From the NCBI RefSeq assembly GCF_006345805.1, contig NC_043009.1, positions 40,796,001-40,860,000 of the forward strand: a stretch of DNA of 64,000 bases, written 5' to 3'. Origin of the DNA: Octopus sinensis (lineage: Eukaryota). This document shows positions 37,827 to 51,233 of this stretch, one piece after another (the first letter of the stretch is position 1; each line of letters starts with the position of its first letter). The position numbers and the translations under genes are program-made. The notes beneath the pieces were generated by a model. The model was given only the letters and a program-made list of their open reading frames with translations. It had not been told where the DNA came from and made no database searches.

Positions 37827-39008
37827 AGTTGGCAATGCACAGAGAATATATTAGAAGTAATTAGAATTTAAATTATATTTTAAAATATAGGAATACACTA
37901 TGTCAATTTCGCATTAGATTTTCAAAAGTGTTTAGTATATGGAGCTGTGTCGCAAGTTATGTCTTTTATAACCTTTTGTTATAAAAGTATGTTTGTTTTT
38001 AAAGTAGTAATATGTGTGTGTGTATGAGAGAGAGAGATAGACAGACAGATAGAAAGCAGCAACATCATCATTTAAAGACTATCTTCCATACTGACATAAG
38101 TTTGATGGTTTGACAGGATCTGAGTTACCAGGTTACAGATACCCATGTCACATGGATTACATTGGATATCAACAAACTAAACTTCAACTGCAAGGGGCAT
38201 TTCTGACTTCATTGTAAAGAAAGCCGATATTCTTACAGTGACTGATGTTGCAGAAATGCAGCAATAAAACCTGTGAAAGATGATGTCCCCTCTGTCAGGA
38301 TAATGTCATTTTTATTAAGAGTAAAATACTTTATCCTTGAACTAAATACAAATGGCATAAATATAAACATCTCTTCTATTAAGTCAAGTGTCTACTTAAA
38401 TGCCTCTGTTTGAATTTCAATAATTGCTGTAGTATCTGCCACACCTCAAACTAGCCACTGTAGTAGTAGTCCACACCATGTTCTCTCATATTATTTTCTG
38501 GGTACAACTTGACTTCTCCCCATCCTCAGATCTTGTGTTTTTGCGGTTTCCTGTGAACCTTCACCTCTGAAGTCAAAACTTTGTTTATTGCCATGCCACT
38601 TATATTACGTTATTGCAGGTCATCTCTGTTGACCTCAGTTATTGCATAATAAATCGACTCCTTTTAATTAGCTTCATATTTACATATCATAGGTGCAGGC
38701 ATGGCTGTGTTTTGGTTAAGAAGATCGCTTTGTGACTGCATGGTTCTGGGTTCAGTTTCACTGTGGCACCTTGAGCAAGTGTTTTTTTTTTTGTTTTTTT
38801 TCAGTATTGCTCTAGGTCAACGTATGCCTTGTGTGTAAACTTGATTGATGGAATCTGTATGAGACTCTGTGTGTGAGGCACAAACTTGTGTATATTTTAC
38901 TTGTTTCGGTCCTTGGACTGTGGCCGAGCCAGGGTACCATCTTCAAGAATTTAGTCAGACAAATCGACCCCAGTGCTTTTTTTTTTAAAGTCTAGTACTT
39001 ATTTGATT

Positions 39009-39300
39009 GTGGAGGCATATGGCCTAGTGGTTAGAGCAACAGACTCGTGGTTGAGAGATCTCGGGTTCGAATCTCAGACCGAGTGATGTGCATGTTACCT
39101 AAGCTCCACGCAGCTCCGGCAGAAGGTAATGGCGAACTTCTGCTACTCTTTCGCCACAACTTTCTCTCACTCATTCCTCCTACATCTTGCAGCTCACCTG
39201 TGATGAACCAGCATCCCGTCCAGGTGGGGAACCTATACGCCAAGGAAACCGAGAAACCGGCCCTATGAGCCAGGAATGGCTCAAGAAGGAACAAACAACA
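39009..39300 (+). mobile_element. tRNA-headed V-like SINE nested in a CORE SINE tail
   Basis: 12-bp TSD ACTTATTTGATT at 38997 and 39301; (ACA)n tail. Confidence 0.85.
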
Positions 39301-39422
39301 ACTTATTTGATTAGTCCCTTTTGCTGAACTGCTAAGTGACTGGGATGTAAACAAGCCAACAACAGTTATCAAGTGGTGGTGATAGACAAACACAAAGATG
39401 AATATACACATGTATATGTGTG

Positions 39423-39465
<43 letters not shown>

Positions 39466-40115
39466 ACATACATATGGCTATGTGGTTAGGAAACATGCTT
39501 CTCAAGCACATGGTTTGAGTTGGGTCCCACTGCGTAGCAAGTGTCTTCTGTTACAGCCTTGGGTTCACCAAAGCCTTGTGATTAGCTTGGGTAAGCAAAA
39601 GTTCCCATCATATGCATATGTGTGTGTGAAAGTTCTTGTGCCTCATACAACAACAGATAGGAGGGAAAACATGTATGTAGACAGGCTTCTTTTAGTTTCC
39701 ATCTACCAAATCCACTGATAAGTCTTTGGTTGATGGGAGACTACAGTAGAAGATACTTGCCCAAGATGCCTGCGCAGTTGTACTGAACCTGGAGCCAATT
39801 ATAAATAGGCGTTATTAGACACCTACATTCACCAATCTACTGTAGTAACTTTTCAAACCTCTATTTCACACCATCTTCCTTATCTTTTTAAACATAGACT
39901 TCATTGTTAGATAGTTTTTTTTCAATGAGATTTCAATGACATTTAGCTGCAAACATATTGACTTTTGTTTTCTCCTTATCTCTTATCAGTTTCTGATCTG
40001 TGTTTCCCATAACTTTACACATATCTTGCACCAAAATTTTAACCTAACACTGCTGCCACACCACATCACCACTGCCATTCTCTGCCAGGGCCTAACCAGT
40101 TATAATTTCTCTTTT

Positions 40116-41062
40116 AATACAATAACAACAACAACATTCTGTAGCAATATTGAATACTGTGAAATAACCATACATAGTGGTGTTGTTTTGATTTGGTCTT
40201 GTTAGGATGGAAACATTGAACCAAATACCTACACGAATGGAGAAGTAAAGCTTATCTGTGGCTTTTTATATCAATAATAGGACACACAGACACACACGTT
40301 TGCATGTGGATATATATAACATGTATGTGTTTGCATGTGTGTGTAGATGTGTGTATGTATACATTTATATATGTATGTATATATTTATGTGTGTGTAGAT
40401 GTGTGTGTATATATATATGTGTAGATGTATATGTATATATATATATTGTGTGTGTGTGTAGATGCATATGTATATATATATATGTGTGTGTGTGTGTAGA
40501 TGCATATGTGTATATATATGTGTGTGTGTGTGTAGATGTATATATGTATGTATATGTACATATATATGTGTAGATATATATATAACAATAACAATACAAT
40601 AACAACAACAACATTCTGTAGCAATATTGAATACTGTGAAATAACCATACATAGTGGTGTTGTTTTGATTTGGTCTTGTTTGGATGGAAACATTGAACCA
40701 AATACCTACACGAATGGAGAAGTAAAGCTTATCTGTGGCTTTTTATATCAATAATAGGACACACAGACACACACGTTTGCATGTGGATATATATAACATG
40801 TATGTGTTTGCATGTGTGTGTAGATGTGTGTATGTATACATTTATATATGTATGTATATATTTATGTGTGTGTAGATGTGTGTGTATATATATATGTGTA
40901 GATGTATATGTATATATATATATATATGTGTGTGTGTGTAGATGCATATGTATATATATATATGTGTGTGTGTGTGTAGATGCATATGTGTATATATATG
41001 TGTGTGTGTGTGTAGATGTATATATGTATGTATATGTACATATATATGTGTAGATATATATA
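40116..41062. repeat. 477-bp tandem duplication including a microsatellite
   Basis: 40116-40592 is repeated from 40593 with very few differences. Confidence 0.9.
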
Positions 41063-42369
41063 TGTAGATGTATATTTGTGTACATATATATGTAGATGTA
41101 TATATCTGTATGTAGATGTATATGTATATATATATAATGTGTAGATGTATATATATATGTGTAGATGTATATATGTAGATGTATATATATATATATATAT
41201 ATGTAGATGTGTATATATAAATATGTGTGTGTGTATATATATGTATATATAAATGTAGATGTATATGTGTATATGTATGTCTATTTATGTGTAGATGTAT
41301 ATGTGTATTTGTATGTCTATTTATGTGTAGATGTATATATGTACATGTATGTTTATATATATGTGTGTGTGTACATATATATATGTAGATATATATATTT
41401 ATAGATGAATGTATATGTTTGTTGATTTGTATATGTGTATGTATATACACACATGCACACACACATACTCTGAACTTGCAGGGTTCTTCACGATAGCCTA
41501 CCAAAATAGAATAATTCTGTGTAGGAAGTTTGGTATTTTTGTAATTGATGATGTTTTGTGCAGTTTACTGGAGAGCATTTTTGGTGTGTTGTTGCTAGCC
41601 ATCTATGACATGGTGTAATTTACCTCTGTCTTAGCTTCCTATGCAGACAATATATACAGACATTATTCAGGGTTTTTTTTACTGTTTGTGTTGTTTTTTT
41701 TTATAAATTTATTTCTAATTTTATTATTAGCAACTTTCTGTTATTTCAATGAATGGTGAATGACCGTTGAAGGATTTGAAATTCAATTTGTTAGCTAACA
41801 AAGCTTAATTCTTACACAGAGATGGCACAATCTTGGGCATGTGGTAAGAAATTGGCTTCTTAACCACATGGTTTCGAGTTCAGCTTTGCTGTGTGGCGGT
41901 ACTTTGGACAAGTGTCTTCTACTACAATCTCAGGTCGACTGAAACATTGAGAGTGGATTTAGTAGACAAAAGCTGAAAGAAGTCTATTGGGTGTGTGTAT
42001 GTGTGTGTATATGTATAAATCATCATCAACACCATTGTTTAATGTCCACTTTCTATGCTGGCATTGGTTAGATAGTTTGACTGTAACTGGCAAGCAGTAC
42101 CAGGTTCCAGTCTGATTTGGCATGGTTTCTATAGCTGGATGCCCTTGCTAGTGCCAATGGGTGCTTTTTATGTGCCACCGGCATGGGTGCCATTCACATG
42201 ACATTGGCAATGGACATGACTACAATTTCATGGGTGCCATTTACATGACACCAGCAAAAGCCATGACTACAATATCACTTGGTTTGATGAGTCTTTTCAA
42301 GCGCAACATATCGGCAAAGATCTTACTCACTTATCCATCACCTCCATGAAATTATATATATATATATAT

Positions 42370-42781
42370 TTATAAATAAGGATAATATCAATATTTAAAT
42401 ATCGATATTATCAAGTGGCCAGCATGGGAAAAAATACTATACAAAGGTAATAATTTTGTTACAACTAAAAATAAGGGTGTCTAAGAGACACCACCATGCT
42501 GAAATAGCAGTCAAAACCCTGACTTTAAAGACCACGTTAAATGTTCATATCGTACCATGAGATAAGATAGAGGGACAAAATAGACTAGCAAAAAATATTA
42601 TTGAATAATTCAAGATCCAGGATTTCTGGTTTTGCTTTAAATAAGCTTTACCGTCATCGGTTGAATATATCAAAGTACATAAATACAGATATATATATTT
42701 TGTCCCTCTATCTTATCTCATGGTACAATATGAACATTTAACGTGGTTTTTAAAGTCAGGGTTTTGACTGCTATTTCGGCA
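42370..42781 (-). mobile_element. Hammerhead-bearing element with 86-bp inverted arms
   Basis: 42497-42582 and 42696-42781 are reverse complements with few mismatches; hammerhead in the spacer; TA run at the left edge. Confidence 0.68.
42608..42666 (-). ncRNA. Type I hammerhead motif with U4C core (CCGAUGA)
   Basis: Minus strand ATTCAA-CCGATGA-C.GGT...GCTT/AAGC...ACC.A-GAAA-T(CCTGG)A-TC-TTGAAT; 6-bp helix I, AUC triplet. Confidence 0.62.
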
Positions 42782-43020
42782 CCCTTGTGGCACGTAAAAA
42801 GCACCCACTACACTCACGGAGTGGTTGGCATTAGGAAGGGCATCCAGCCGTAGAAACACTGCCAGATCTGACTGGGCCTGATGAAGCCTTCCGGCTTCAC
42901 ACTCCAGTTAAACCGTCCAACCCATGCTAGCATGGAAAACGGACGCTAAATGATGATGATGATGATATATATGAATATATAAATGGCGTTAAACGCAGGT
43001 GTTATTCAAATCTTTATACT

Positions 43021-43104
43021 TTCGACATATGTTTCAAAGAAAACATTGGTATTATTCCAGAAAGAATAAAATGAGGTAAAACAAAGCAATCTTCTCATCA
43101 GGAA
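43021..43104 (-). ncRNA. Type I hammerhead motif, left arm of inverted pair
   Basis: Minus strand TTC-CTGATGA-GAAGA...TCTTT-GAAA-C(ATAT)G-TC-GAA; palindromic CATATG, GUC triplet. Confidence 0.75.
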
Positions 43105-43308
43105 AAAAAAGAGAAACAAAATGCATCAATAAGACATTTTAATTCTTCTAATTTCTTTCTTCCTCATCCTTCTCTCTCTATAAATTGCCGTTGATGTCTA
43201 TTAACAGTTTTTGTAAAAGATAACTTACCAGCATTCCCTCCATCTTATATGCAGTAATCACATTGGGTTAAAATGTCTTACTGATGCATTTTGTTTCTCT
43301 TTTTTTCC

Positions 43309-43392
43309 CCCCTGATGAGAAGATTGCATTGTTTCACTTCATTTTATTCCTTCTGGAATAATACCAATGTTTTCTTCGAAACATATGTCAGA
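43309..43392 (+). ncRNA. Hammerhead motif, right arm of inverted pair, helix I disrupted
   Basis: CTGATGA at 43312, GAAGA/TCTTC helix II, GAAACATATGTC; flanks CCC and AGA do not pair. Confidence 0.6.
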
Positions 43393-44326
43393 AGTATAAA
43401 GATTTGAATAACACCTGTGATTAACTCCATTTATTTATTTATCTATGTGATACCAAAGCATTTCACTAAACCCTGGAATTTCTATCTTTATAAGTAGGTT
43501 GTTACATCCTTGGTACTTATGTGAATTTTTGCTACCCTGGTAATTATTTATTTTTTCCGTGTTATTTGTACACATTGAAAATATACACATACATTTATAT
43601 TTATACATAAATATATATATGCACACACACACACACGAATCTACTCTACAGCAAGACACTTGCTTTTGGTGCAAAACTGCCTGTGCTGGTGCCACATAGT
43701 CTTATTACACACACGTCATTTTGTCACAACCTGTGAACTTACTTCAAGGGTACATTGTCTATGAAATACTTAACAATTTGTTTTGTATACAGTAAATAGG
43801 TAGTTCTGTGATATAAGTTCTTGTGTAACTTGACGCAGCCCAGAGTACATGGGACCTGCTTAATGAGGGGTTGAAGTAGGAAGGAAGCCAAACAAAACTT
43901 TAAACCCGATTCGTTCAGTGAAATCTGATATATTAGCATATTTCTTGGAAAAGGTATGTCTTTGGTTGTTGAAACAGTAGTTAAATGATGCCAAGCTGTT
44001 TCAGCCTTTGCCTTTCTCTTGGATAACATCGGTGACATGGAGAGGGGAGGCTGGTATGCATGGGTGACTGCTGGTCTTCCATAAACAACCTTGCCCGGAC
44101 CTGTGCCTTGGAGGGTAACTTTCTAGGTGCAATCCCATGGGCATTCATGTCCGAAGGGGGTCTCTCTGAGTTAAATATGTTCTGAACCAAAGAGAGCATT
44201 AACACTTTTGAAAATAAACTGCCTGAGGCTTTTCCTTGATTCTATGATACAAATTCCATGTTTTATGGTGATCAAAAAGCCTTCTGTCAAATCTTTATGT
44301 TAATTTATATTCCAGACATCAGCCTT

Positions 44327-44728
44327 ACTCTTTTACTTGTTTCAGTCATTTGACTGCAGCCATGCTGGAGCCCTGCCTTTAGTTGAGCAACTCGACCCCG
44401 GGACTTATTCTTTTGTAAGCCCAGTACTTATTCTATCGGTGTCTTTTGCCGAACCGCTAAGTGACGGGAACGTAAACACACCAGCATCGGTTGTCAAGCA
44501 ATGCTAGGGGGACAAACACAAACACACACACGCATATATATATATATACATATATACATATACATATATACGACTGGCTTCTTTCAGTTTCCGTCTACCA
44601 AATCCACTCACAAGGCTTTGGTCGGCCTGAGGCTATAGTAGAAGACACTTGCCCAAGATGCCACACAGTGGGACTAAACCCGGAACCATGTGGTTGGTAA
44701 ACAAGCTACTTACCACACAGCCACTCCT
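44327..44728 (-). mobile_element. CORE-type SINE
   Basis: Same family, near full length. Confidence 0.85.
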
Positions 44729-44959
44729 TAATGATAATTTTTTTCTGCTATAGGCTCAAGGCCTAAAATTTTAAGGGAGTTGGTGGCTAGTCAATTACAT
44801 TGACCCCAGTGTTCAACTGGTATTTATTTCATTGACCTTGAGAGGGTTAAAAGCATAGGCAACTTTGGAAGGATTTGAACTCAAAACGTAAAGACATGAA
44901 ATATGCACTAACAATTCTACCAGCTCACCACCTTCATCAGCTTAAAAGTAATGATGGTT

Positions 44960-45185
44960 ACTTTTATAAATTCTTCATATCGGAGCTTCCGGCATGAATG
45001 CCGAACTGCCCAGGTTGTTGTTTCCAAATTTCTGGTAGAATGAATTGCATCATGGTGCTGTTTTTTCTCACAGATGGTGCCCAATTGACCCTACTATACT
45101 GTGTAGTTGACAAAATCCAAAATAAACAATGCTCATGTTCAAAATTAAAAATATAAAATGGCGACAATTTACTCATCGCACCCTG
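44960..45185 (-). mobile_element. Tc1/mariner left end with transposase start
   Basis: Minus strand TA|CAGGGTGCGATGAG terminus in a TA run, followed by MMQFILPEIWKQ...GIHAGSS. Confidence 0.55.
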
Positions 45186-45203
45186 TATATATGTGTGTGT
45201 GTG

Positions 45204-45236
<33 letters not shown>

Positions 45237-45618
45237 CATGTATATATATCTGTTGTATGTATATATATGTATGTACATATATGTGTGTGTATATATAAGT
45301 ATGTATATTTGTGTGTGTATATATAAGTATGTATATTTGTGTGTGTATATATAAGTATGTATATTTGTGTGTGTATATATAAGTATGTATATTTGTGTGT
45401 GTATATATACATGTATATATATCTGTGTGTATGTATATATATGTATGTACATATATGTGTGTGTATATATACATGTATATATATCTGTGTGTATGTATAT
45501 ATATGTATGTACATATATGTGTGTGTATATATACATGTATATATATCTGTGTGTATGTATATATATGTATGTACATATATGTGTGTGTATATATACACAC
45601 ACACACACACATATATAC
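45186..45618. repeat. Higher-order TA/TG minisatellite (28-bp unit x4 and a ~58-bp unit x3-4)
   Basis: GTGTGTGTATATATAAGTATGTATATTT repeats followed by longer repeated units. Confidence 0.9.
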
Positions 45619-45896
45619 AAGATAGGTTTCTTTTCAGTATCCGTCTACCAAATCCATTCACAAGGTTTTGGTGGGCTGTGTATATTTTAAGCGGAAATCT
45701 GGAAACAGAAGACTTATATAATAATAATAATAATACTAATAATAACAATAATAATAATAATAATAAAAATATATTTACAAATTATTATAAATACATTTTC
45801 CTGTTATGTTCAGTCTTTCTCTACAAATATATATTTATGGTGAAAAGTTGTTTGTTTATTTTGTACTTTTAACCACTGTATAAACCCTTCTTGCAG

Positions 45897-45989
45897 GATC
45901 ATATGTTAAACAAATGGAGCTGTCTTGGGGAGGTGCAGTTGTCTGGTGAGGACATTCTTTCTCTGGCATGGTTACATAATGGTGTTTTG
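45897..45989 (+). CDS. MED16: MED16 exon 3 (DHMLNKWSCLGEVQLSGEDILSLAWLHNGVL)
   Basis: TTGCAG acceptor, GTAAGT donor, 93 nt phase 0; contains the conserved LxWLHNGV motif. Confidence 0.95.
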
Positions 45990-48575
45990 GTAAGTGAGTT
46001 TACGTCCCCTTTTCTACTACTGTTCATTATCCTTCTTCTCCTTCACCCCTTGCTTGCTTTCTTCCTTTCTTCTTTCTTTCTTGCTTGCTTCCTGTCTTTT
46101 CTTTTCCTTCTTTCATTGTCAAGATTTTATGGGATAAAAACTGGGGATGTCTTTTTGTAGAAGATGTGGATGCTGCCTCTTGAGCAAGTTTTCTGTGAAG
46201 TAGTAAGAATGACAAAAGTAATGCTGCAATGTCTGCTGGGTAATTTCAGATATACAGGTTCTATTTAATACCTTGTCATATGAACTATGGTGAAGAGAGA
46301 AAATGGTTTTTTTTCCTTTGTCCTTTTTTGTATGGTCTGGAAAAAGGGACTATCTATGGTCTTGGCATCATGTGCCAATTTAGAAGGTCTATGTGTAACA
46401 GCAGGATTTCTGATGTTAAGTCAAGTATACTGATTTGAGTTTCACCTCACTTTACTGGAGAACAAACAATCCCTCCAAGAATGGTCAGATTTATTAATCA
46501 ACACTGTTAATGATTCTCTTGAATATCTGGAAGCCAGTGGCTGTAGGAAAGACATTTGTAAGGAAAGGATTCTAGAGATCAGTGCAAGGTGTGTAAGTGT
46601 GGTGGGATGAACCCAGTATGGGTAACAAGAGGAGGAGAGATGAGTGTGTCAGGAGTAACTGAGTTGGGTGGTGGTGGTGGTATGAAATGAGACAGCTCTG
46701 AAGAACAAAGGCCTCAGTAGTGGTAGTACTAAAAAAGAGTATACACAGCATGTATATGGGCAAGGGGCCACAGTGTGTTGGTGATTGATTATTACCAATC
46801 ATATGAGCAATCTGTGTGTGTGTAGCAGCACTGGTCTATATTTGGGATCAAATACCCTGTATAGAATGTCTGTATGCGTAGCAGAAGCTGAGTTCCAAAC
46901 CTGACATCAAGTACCAGTCTAGAATGTCTATGTGTAACAGCAGCAGCAGCAACCGTTCAAGAATTTGGACCTGGAGATCTCCATTTCCAGCGACTTCGAA
47001 GGCCACCTCCCAGTGGTGTCGGGCGTCAACGAAGAGCCCTCGACTACAACAAAACGGGCAAAGTTTTTTTGTTTTTTTCCAAGGTCTAGGGTCTCCTGCC
47101 CCTAAACCCTAGACCATCACCTAATCACCCTTACCCGACTTGTTGCTTAACAACAACAACAATAGCAGCAGCAGGATTTCTGATGATGAATCAAGTACAT
47201 TGATTTGGGCCTCACCTCACTTTACCGGAGAGCAAACAGTTGTTTAGGAGTGGAATATTTCTGGTCCTGAGGAAGGAGGCCTGTCTTTTCCCTGATGTAG
47301 ATTTTTGACCAGTGTTTTTGCTATTATCTTTGCTATGTTAAGTACATATGTCTGGCCCCGAGAGAGATCCTTAGTGATAGTGAAGCCTCATGATTTTTAG
47401 CAACCTTGAAGATTCCAGTTGCATGCTTTTCTTTTAGAGAGATGGTTGCAGAAATATTTTCTTGATTTGTCAGTTGGTTGTGTTGAAGGAGAAAGATTAG
47501 CATGACCTTGGAAGAAGTCTCAACAATCTCTCTTCATGGAACCATTGCAAGTTAGATGGGAGGCATCTAAGTTGCCTTTGAATTACATATGGATGTTGAA
47601 GGTTGGGGTAGAATGAATGGTGGTATGATTTGCATAAGGGTGGATATTGTTGGGAGATGATGGCAAGTATGTTGTTGGTGTATTGGAAAAAAAAGAGTAT
47701 ACATATATATAATGTATAATAACCATTTGAAGCAAGATGATTCATTTAATTTATTTCAAGTTTCTGGATTTTGTACATTCATTCATGATAATGATGATGA
47801 TGATTCAGGGGACACAGAGACGATTCTCTCTTTCTTGCCTGATGAATACACAAAAGCTGTAAATGCAGTGTAGTGACAAAGTGATGCATTAAATTTGAAT
47901 GAAGAAATAAACTCTGTTGCATGTACTGAGTATCATAGGCATAAGAATAATAATAATGTAGGACATAACCAAACCCTGAAACACACTGACTGTGTCACAT
48001 ATTGTGATGGTCTGTGAATTGAAAGGATGCCATCAATTGAGAAGATGAGAGATGGATTGAGGTCATAAATGGGTAGGATTGGCCTGGAGATTTGCATGCT
48101 AGATGTGATCAAAAGTGTTGTTTATATTGCTGGAAGCAGCATGTTAAAATGAATGATGAATGAACAAACATCAGGATCTAAGAAGAATGGATAAAGAAAA
48201 ATTAATGAGAAAGTAACGTAGCTTTTGTAAGTTCTAACGAGTTATGGTTTCCTTAAGCTGTACTAGTTTATATCACTTGTAAGGTTTTCACATTTCATCA
48301 TCATCCTCATCATCATTGTTTAACATCTGCCTTCCATGCTGACATAGGTTAGATGGTTTGACAGTAGCTGGCCAGGCAGGAGACTTGGATCAGACTTCTG
48401 TGTCTGTTTCGGCATGGTTTTACAGTTGGATGCCCTTCCTAACATCAACCATGCAGCAGAATGGACATTGGTTTTAAAAAAAAAAAAGAAAGAAAGAAAG
48501 AAAGAAGAAATAACATCCATGAAACAAAGCTAAATAAATAATCATTTTTTTTTTTTTTGTTTGTCTCTTTCACAG

Positions 48576-48710
48576 ATCAGATTCAATGCTGACAAACGGG
48601 ACAATCTGAAATACCGAGAGAAGTTTCCCCATACTTTGTTCTCTCCTTCTTTAAGTGACTTTGGTGGCCGTCCATTGGATGGCTTTGTCTGTGTCACATC
48701 AACTGGTCTG
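48576..48710 (+). CDS. MED16: MED16 exon 4 (IRFNADKRDNLKYREKFPHTLFSPSLSDFGGRPLDGFVCVTSTGL)
   Basis: Poly-T plus CACAG acceptor, GTAGGA donor, 135 nt; matches the MED16 EKF...FSPSLTLFGGKPMEGW motif. Confidence 0.95.
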
Positions 48711-48854
48711 GTAGGATAACATTTTTCTCCTTTCCTTTTTTGTATATTTTATTTTAATTCATTTTAATCGTTATTTCCTGTCAGCAGCAGCAGCTTTGCT
48801 GTTATTTTATGTTGGTGTATATATGTATATATACATATGTGTGTGTGTGAGTGT

Positions 48855-49182
48855 GTGAAGGCGCATGGCTCAGTGGTTAGAGCGTCGAACTGAGGTTGTG
48901 AGTTTGAATCCCGGACTGGGCTGCATTTTGTGTTCTTGAGCAAGACACTTTATTTCACATTGCTCCAGTTCACGCGGCTGTAGAAATGAGTTGTGACGTC
49001 ACTGGTGCCAAGCTGTATCGGCTTTTGCCTTTCCCTTGGATAACACTGGTGGCGTGGAGAGGAGGTGGCTGGTATGCATGGGCGACTACTGGTCTTCCAT
49101 AAACAACCTTGCCCTGACTTGTACCTCGGAGTGTAACTTTCTAGGTGCAATCCCATGGTCATTCGTGACCGAAGGGGGTCTC
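48855..49182 (+). mobile_element. CORE-containing SINE with alternative tail (...GACCGAAGGGGGTCTC)
   Basis: tRNA-like head; tail shared with 44010-44165. Confidence 0.75.
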
Positions 49183-51002
49183 TGATATATATATATATAT
49201 ATATACATATACACAATTATAAATAATGGCAAAAAGAAAACAATTTTCTTTGTCAATATGCTGGGAAAAAGACACTAAATCATCTAACCACATAAAATAT
49301 TTTCACTTACATTATTACACCACTTGTCAAAATGAGGAAAGCAAGCTAACAGATATTCATAAAAATATAGTTATCCCCGAATCGGGGATAATTTTTTTCT
49401 TTTTGCCCTTATAATTGTTTTTACAATTTTCACCTTATATGCTGGCCACTGATAAAATTTTTTAATAAAATTTTATCGTTATATAGGCGCAGGAGTGGCA
49501 CTGTAGTAAGTAGCTTGCTTACCAACCACATTGTCCCATGTTCAGTCCCACTGTGTGGCACCTTGGGCAAGTGTCTTCTACTAAAGCCTTGTGAGTAGAT
49601 TTGGTAGACAGAAACTGGAAGAAGCCAGTCGTATATGTGTATATTGTGTTCTTGAGCAAGACACTTTATTTCACGTTGCTCCAGTTCACGCAGCTGTAGA
49701 AATGAGTTGTGACGTCACTGGTGCCAAGCTGTATCGGCTTTTTCCTTTCCCTTGGCTCAGTGGTTGTGTGTCTGTGTTTGTCTCCGCAACATTGCTTGAC
49801 AATGGTGGTGTGTTTACGTCCCTGTAACTTTTTTAAAAAACTAACTTAAAATCGAACTGCACTCTTCAAAACTTGCACTAAGAGTAAGGACATGGTAAAA
49901 TTCATCATCATCATCATTTAGCGTCCGCTTTCCATGCTAGCATGGGTTGGACGGTTCAACTGGGGTCTGGGAGGCCAGAAGGCTGCACCAGGCCCAGTCT
50001 GATCTGGCAATGTTTCTACAGCTGGATGCCCTTCCTAACGCCAACCCCTCCGTGAGTGTAGTGGGTGCTTTTTATGTGCCAGACGGGGCTGGCAAACGGC
50101 CACGGTCGGATGGTGCTTTTTACGTACCACCAGCACGGATGCCCGTTGGGCCAGCGCTGGCAACGGCCATATTCGGATGGTTCGCTTACGTGCCACCAGC
50201 ACTGGTATCACAGCTCCGGCAAGTTGATGCAGATAGTTTATCCCACCCTGCTCTAACTTTTAGTCCATGCAATTGAAAAAAACCACATTATTTATAGGAT
50301 GAGCCAATATATTACAGTGCTATCATACAAAATCACCATTAACCCATCGTGGTTATTTTTAATTAGTTTGCTTATTTGTTAATAGTCCTGTTTGCAGGGA
50401 GAGAACTCGTATCTGTACCAGAGCTCTGCACCAATAAAACGTTAAAAAACACGTCCTCATCATAATCATCATTGTTTTAGTGTCCTCTTTTCCTTGTTTG
50501 TATGTACTGTGTTTATTGAGGCAGAATTTCAACAGCCAGATGCTCTGCTTGTCGCTAACGCTCACCTGTTTCAATGTAAGGTAGTATAATCCCTCGAGTG
50601 GACATGTTTTCACAGAAAGCTGTAAATAGACGATACCAATTGTATGTTCGGAACATCACCATCATCATCAATATTTAATGTTCGTTTTCCATGCTGGCAC
50701 GAGTTGGACAGCTTGACAGGAACTGGCAAAGGTCAGGGGCTACACCAAGTTCCAGAGACTGTTTTGGTTTGGTTTTGCTGCTGGATGCCCTTCTTAAGGC
50801 CAACCACTTTACAGAGTGAACTGGGTGCTTTTTACATTGCACCACTCACAATGTTTTAGTTTCTTATTTCTTTACTATTCACAAGGGGGTAAGCATAGAG
50901 GTGACAAACAAGGATAGACAAAGGGATTAAGTTGATTACATCAACCCCAGTGCGTAACGACGACGACGACGGTGTGTATGTGTTTACATTTGCATTCTAC
51001 AA

Positions 51003-51233
51003 GGCGGTGAGCTGGCAGAAACGTTAGCATGCCAGGCGAAATGCTTAGCGGTATTTCCTCTACCGTTATGTTCTTAGTTCAAATTCCACCGAGGTCGACT
51101 TTGCCTTTCATCCTTTCTTGGTCGATAAATTAAGTACCAGTTATGCACTGGGGTCGATATAATCGACTTAATCCGTTTGTCTGTCCTTGTTTATCCCCTC
51201 TGTGTTTAGCCCCTTGTGGGTAGTAAAGATATA
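51003..51233 (+). mobile_element. Meta-like SINE monomer
   Basis: 18-bp TSD TACATTTGCATTCTACAA at 50985 and 51234. Other monomers at about 6867(-), 31441, 36720 and 50868(-). Confidence 0.85.

Larger units (their letters stand above)
42978..43438. mobile_element. Inverted duplication (~165-bp arms), each arm containing a hammerhead
   Basis: 42978-43141 versus 43268-43438, diverged by scattered substitutions; 126-bp spacer. Confidence 0.72.

Noticed and set aside
42878-42900. CTGATGA-AGCC-TTCC-GGCT
   Set aside because: A mutated RTE-tail sequence with no GAAA after the stem.
43880-43955. Donor-like AAG|GTATGT in MED16 intron 2
   Set aside because: Exons 2 and 3 already join in frame with continuous homology; no good acceptor.
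49371-49391. Hairpin TTATCCCCG-AAT-CGGGGATAA
   Set aside because: Isolated 9-bp stem in an intron; terminator logic does not apply and there is no further support.
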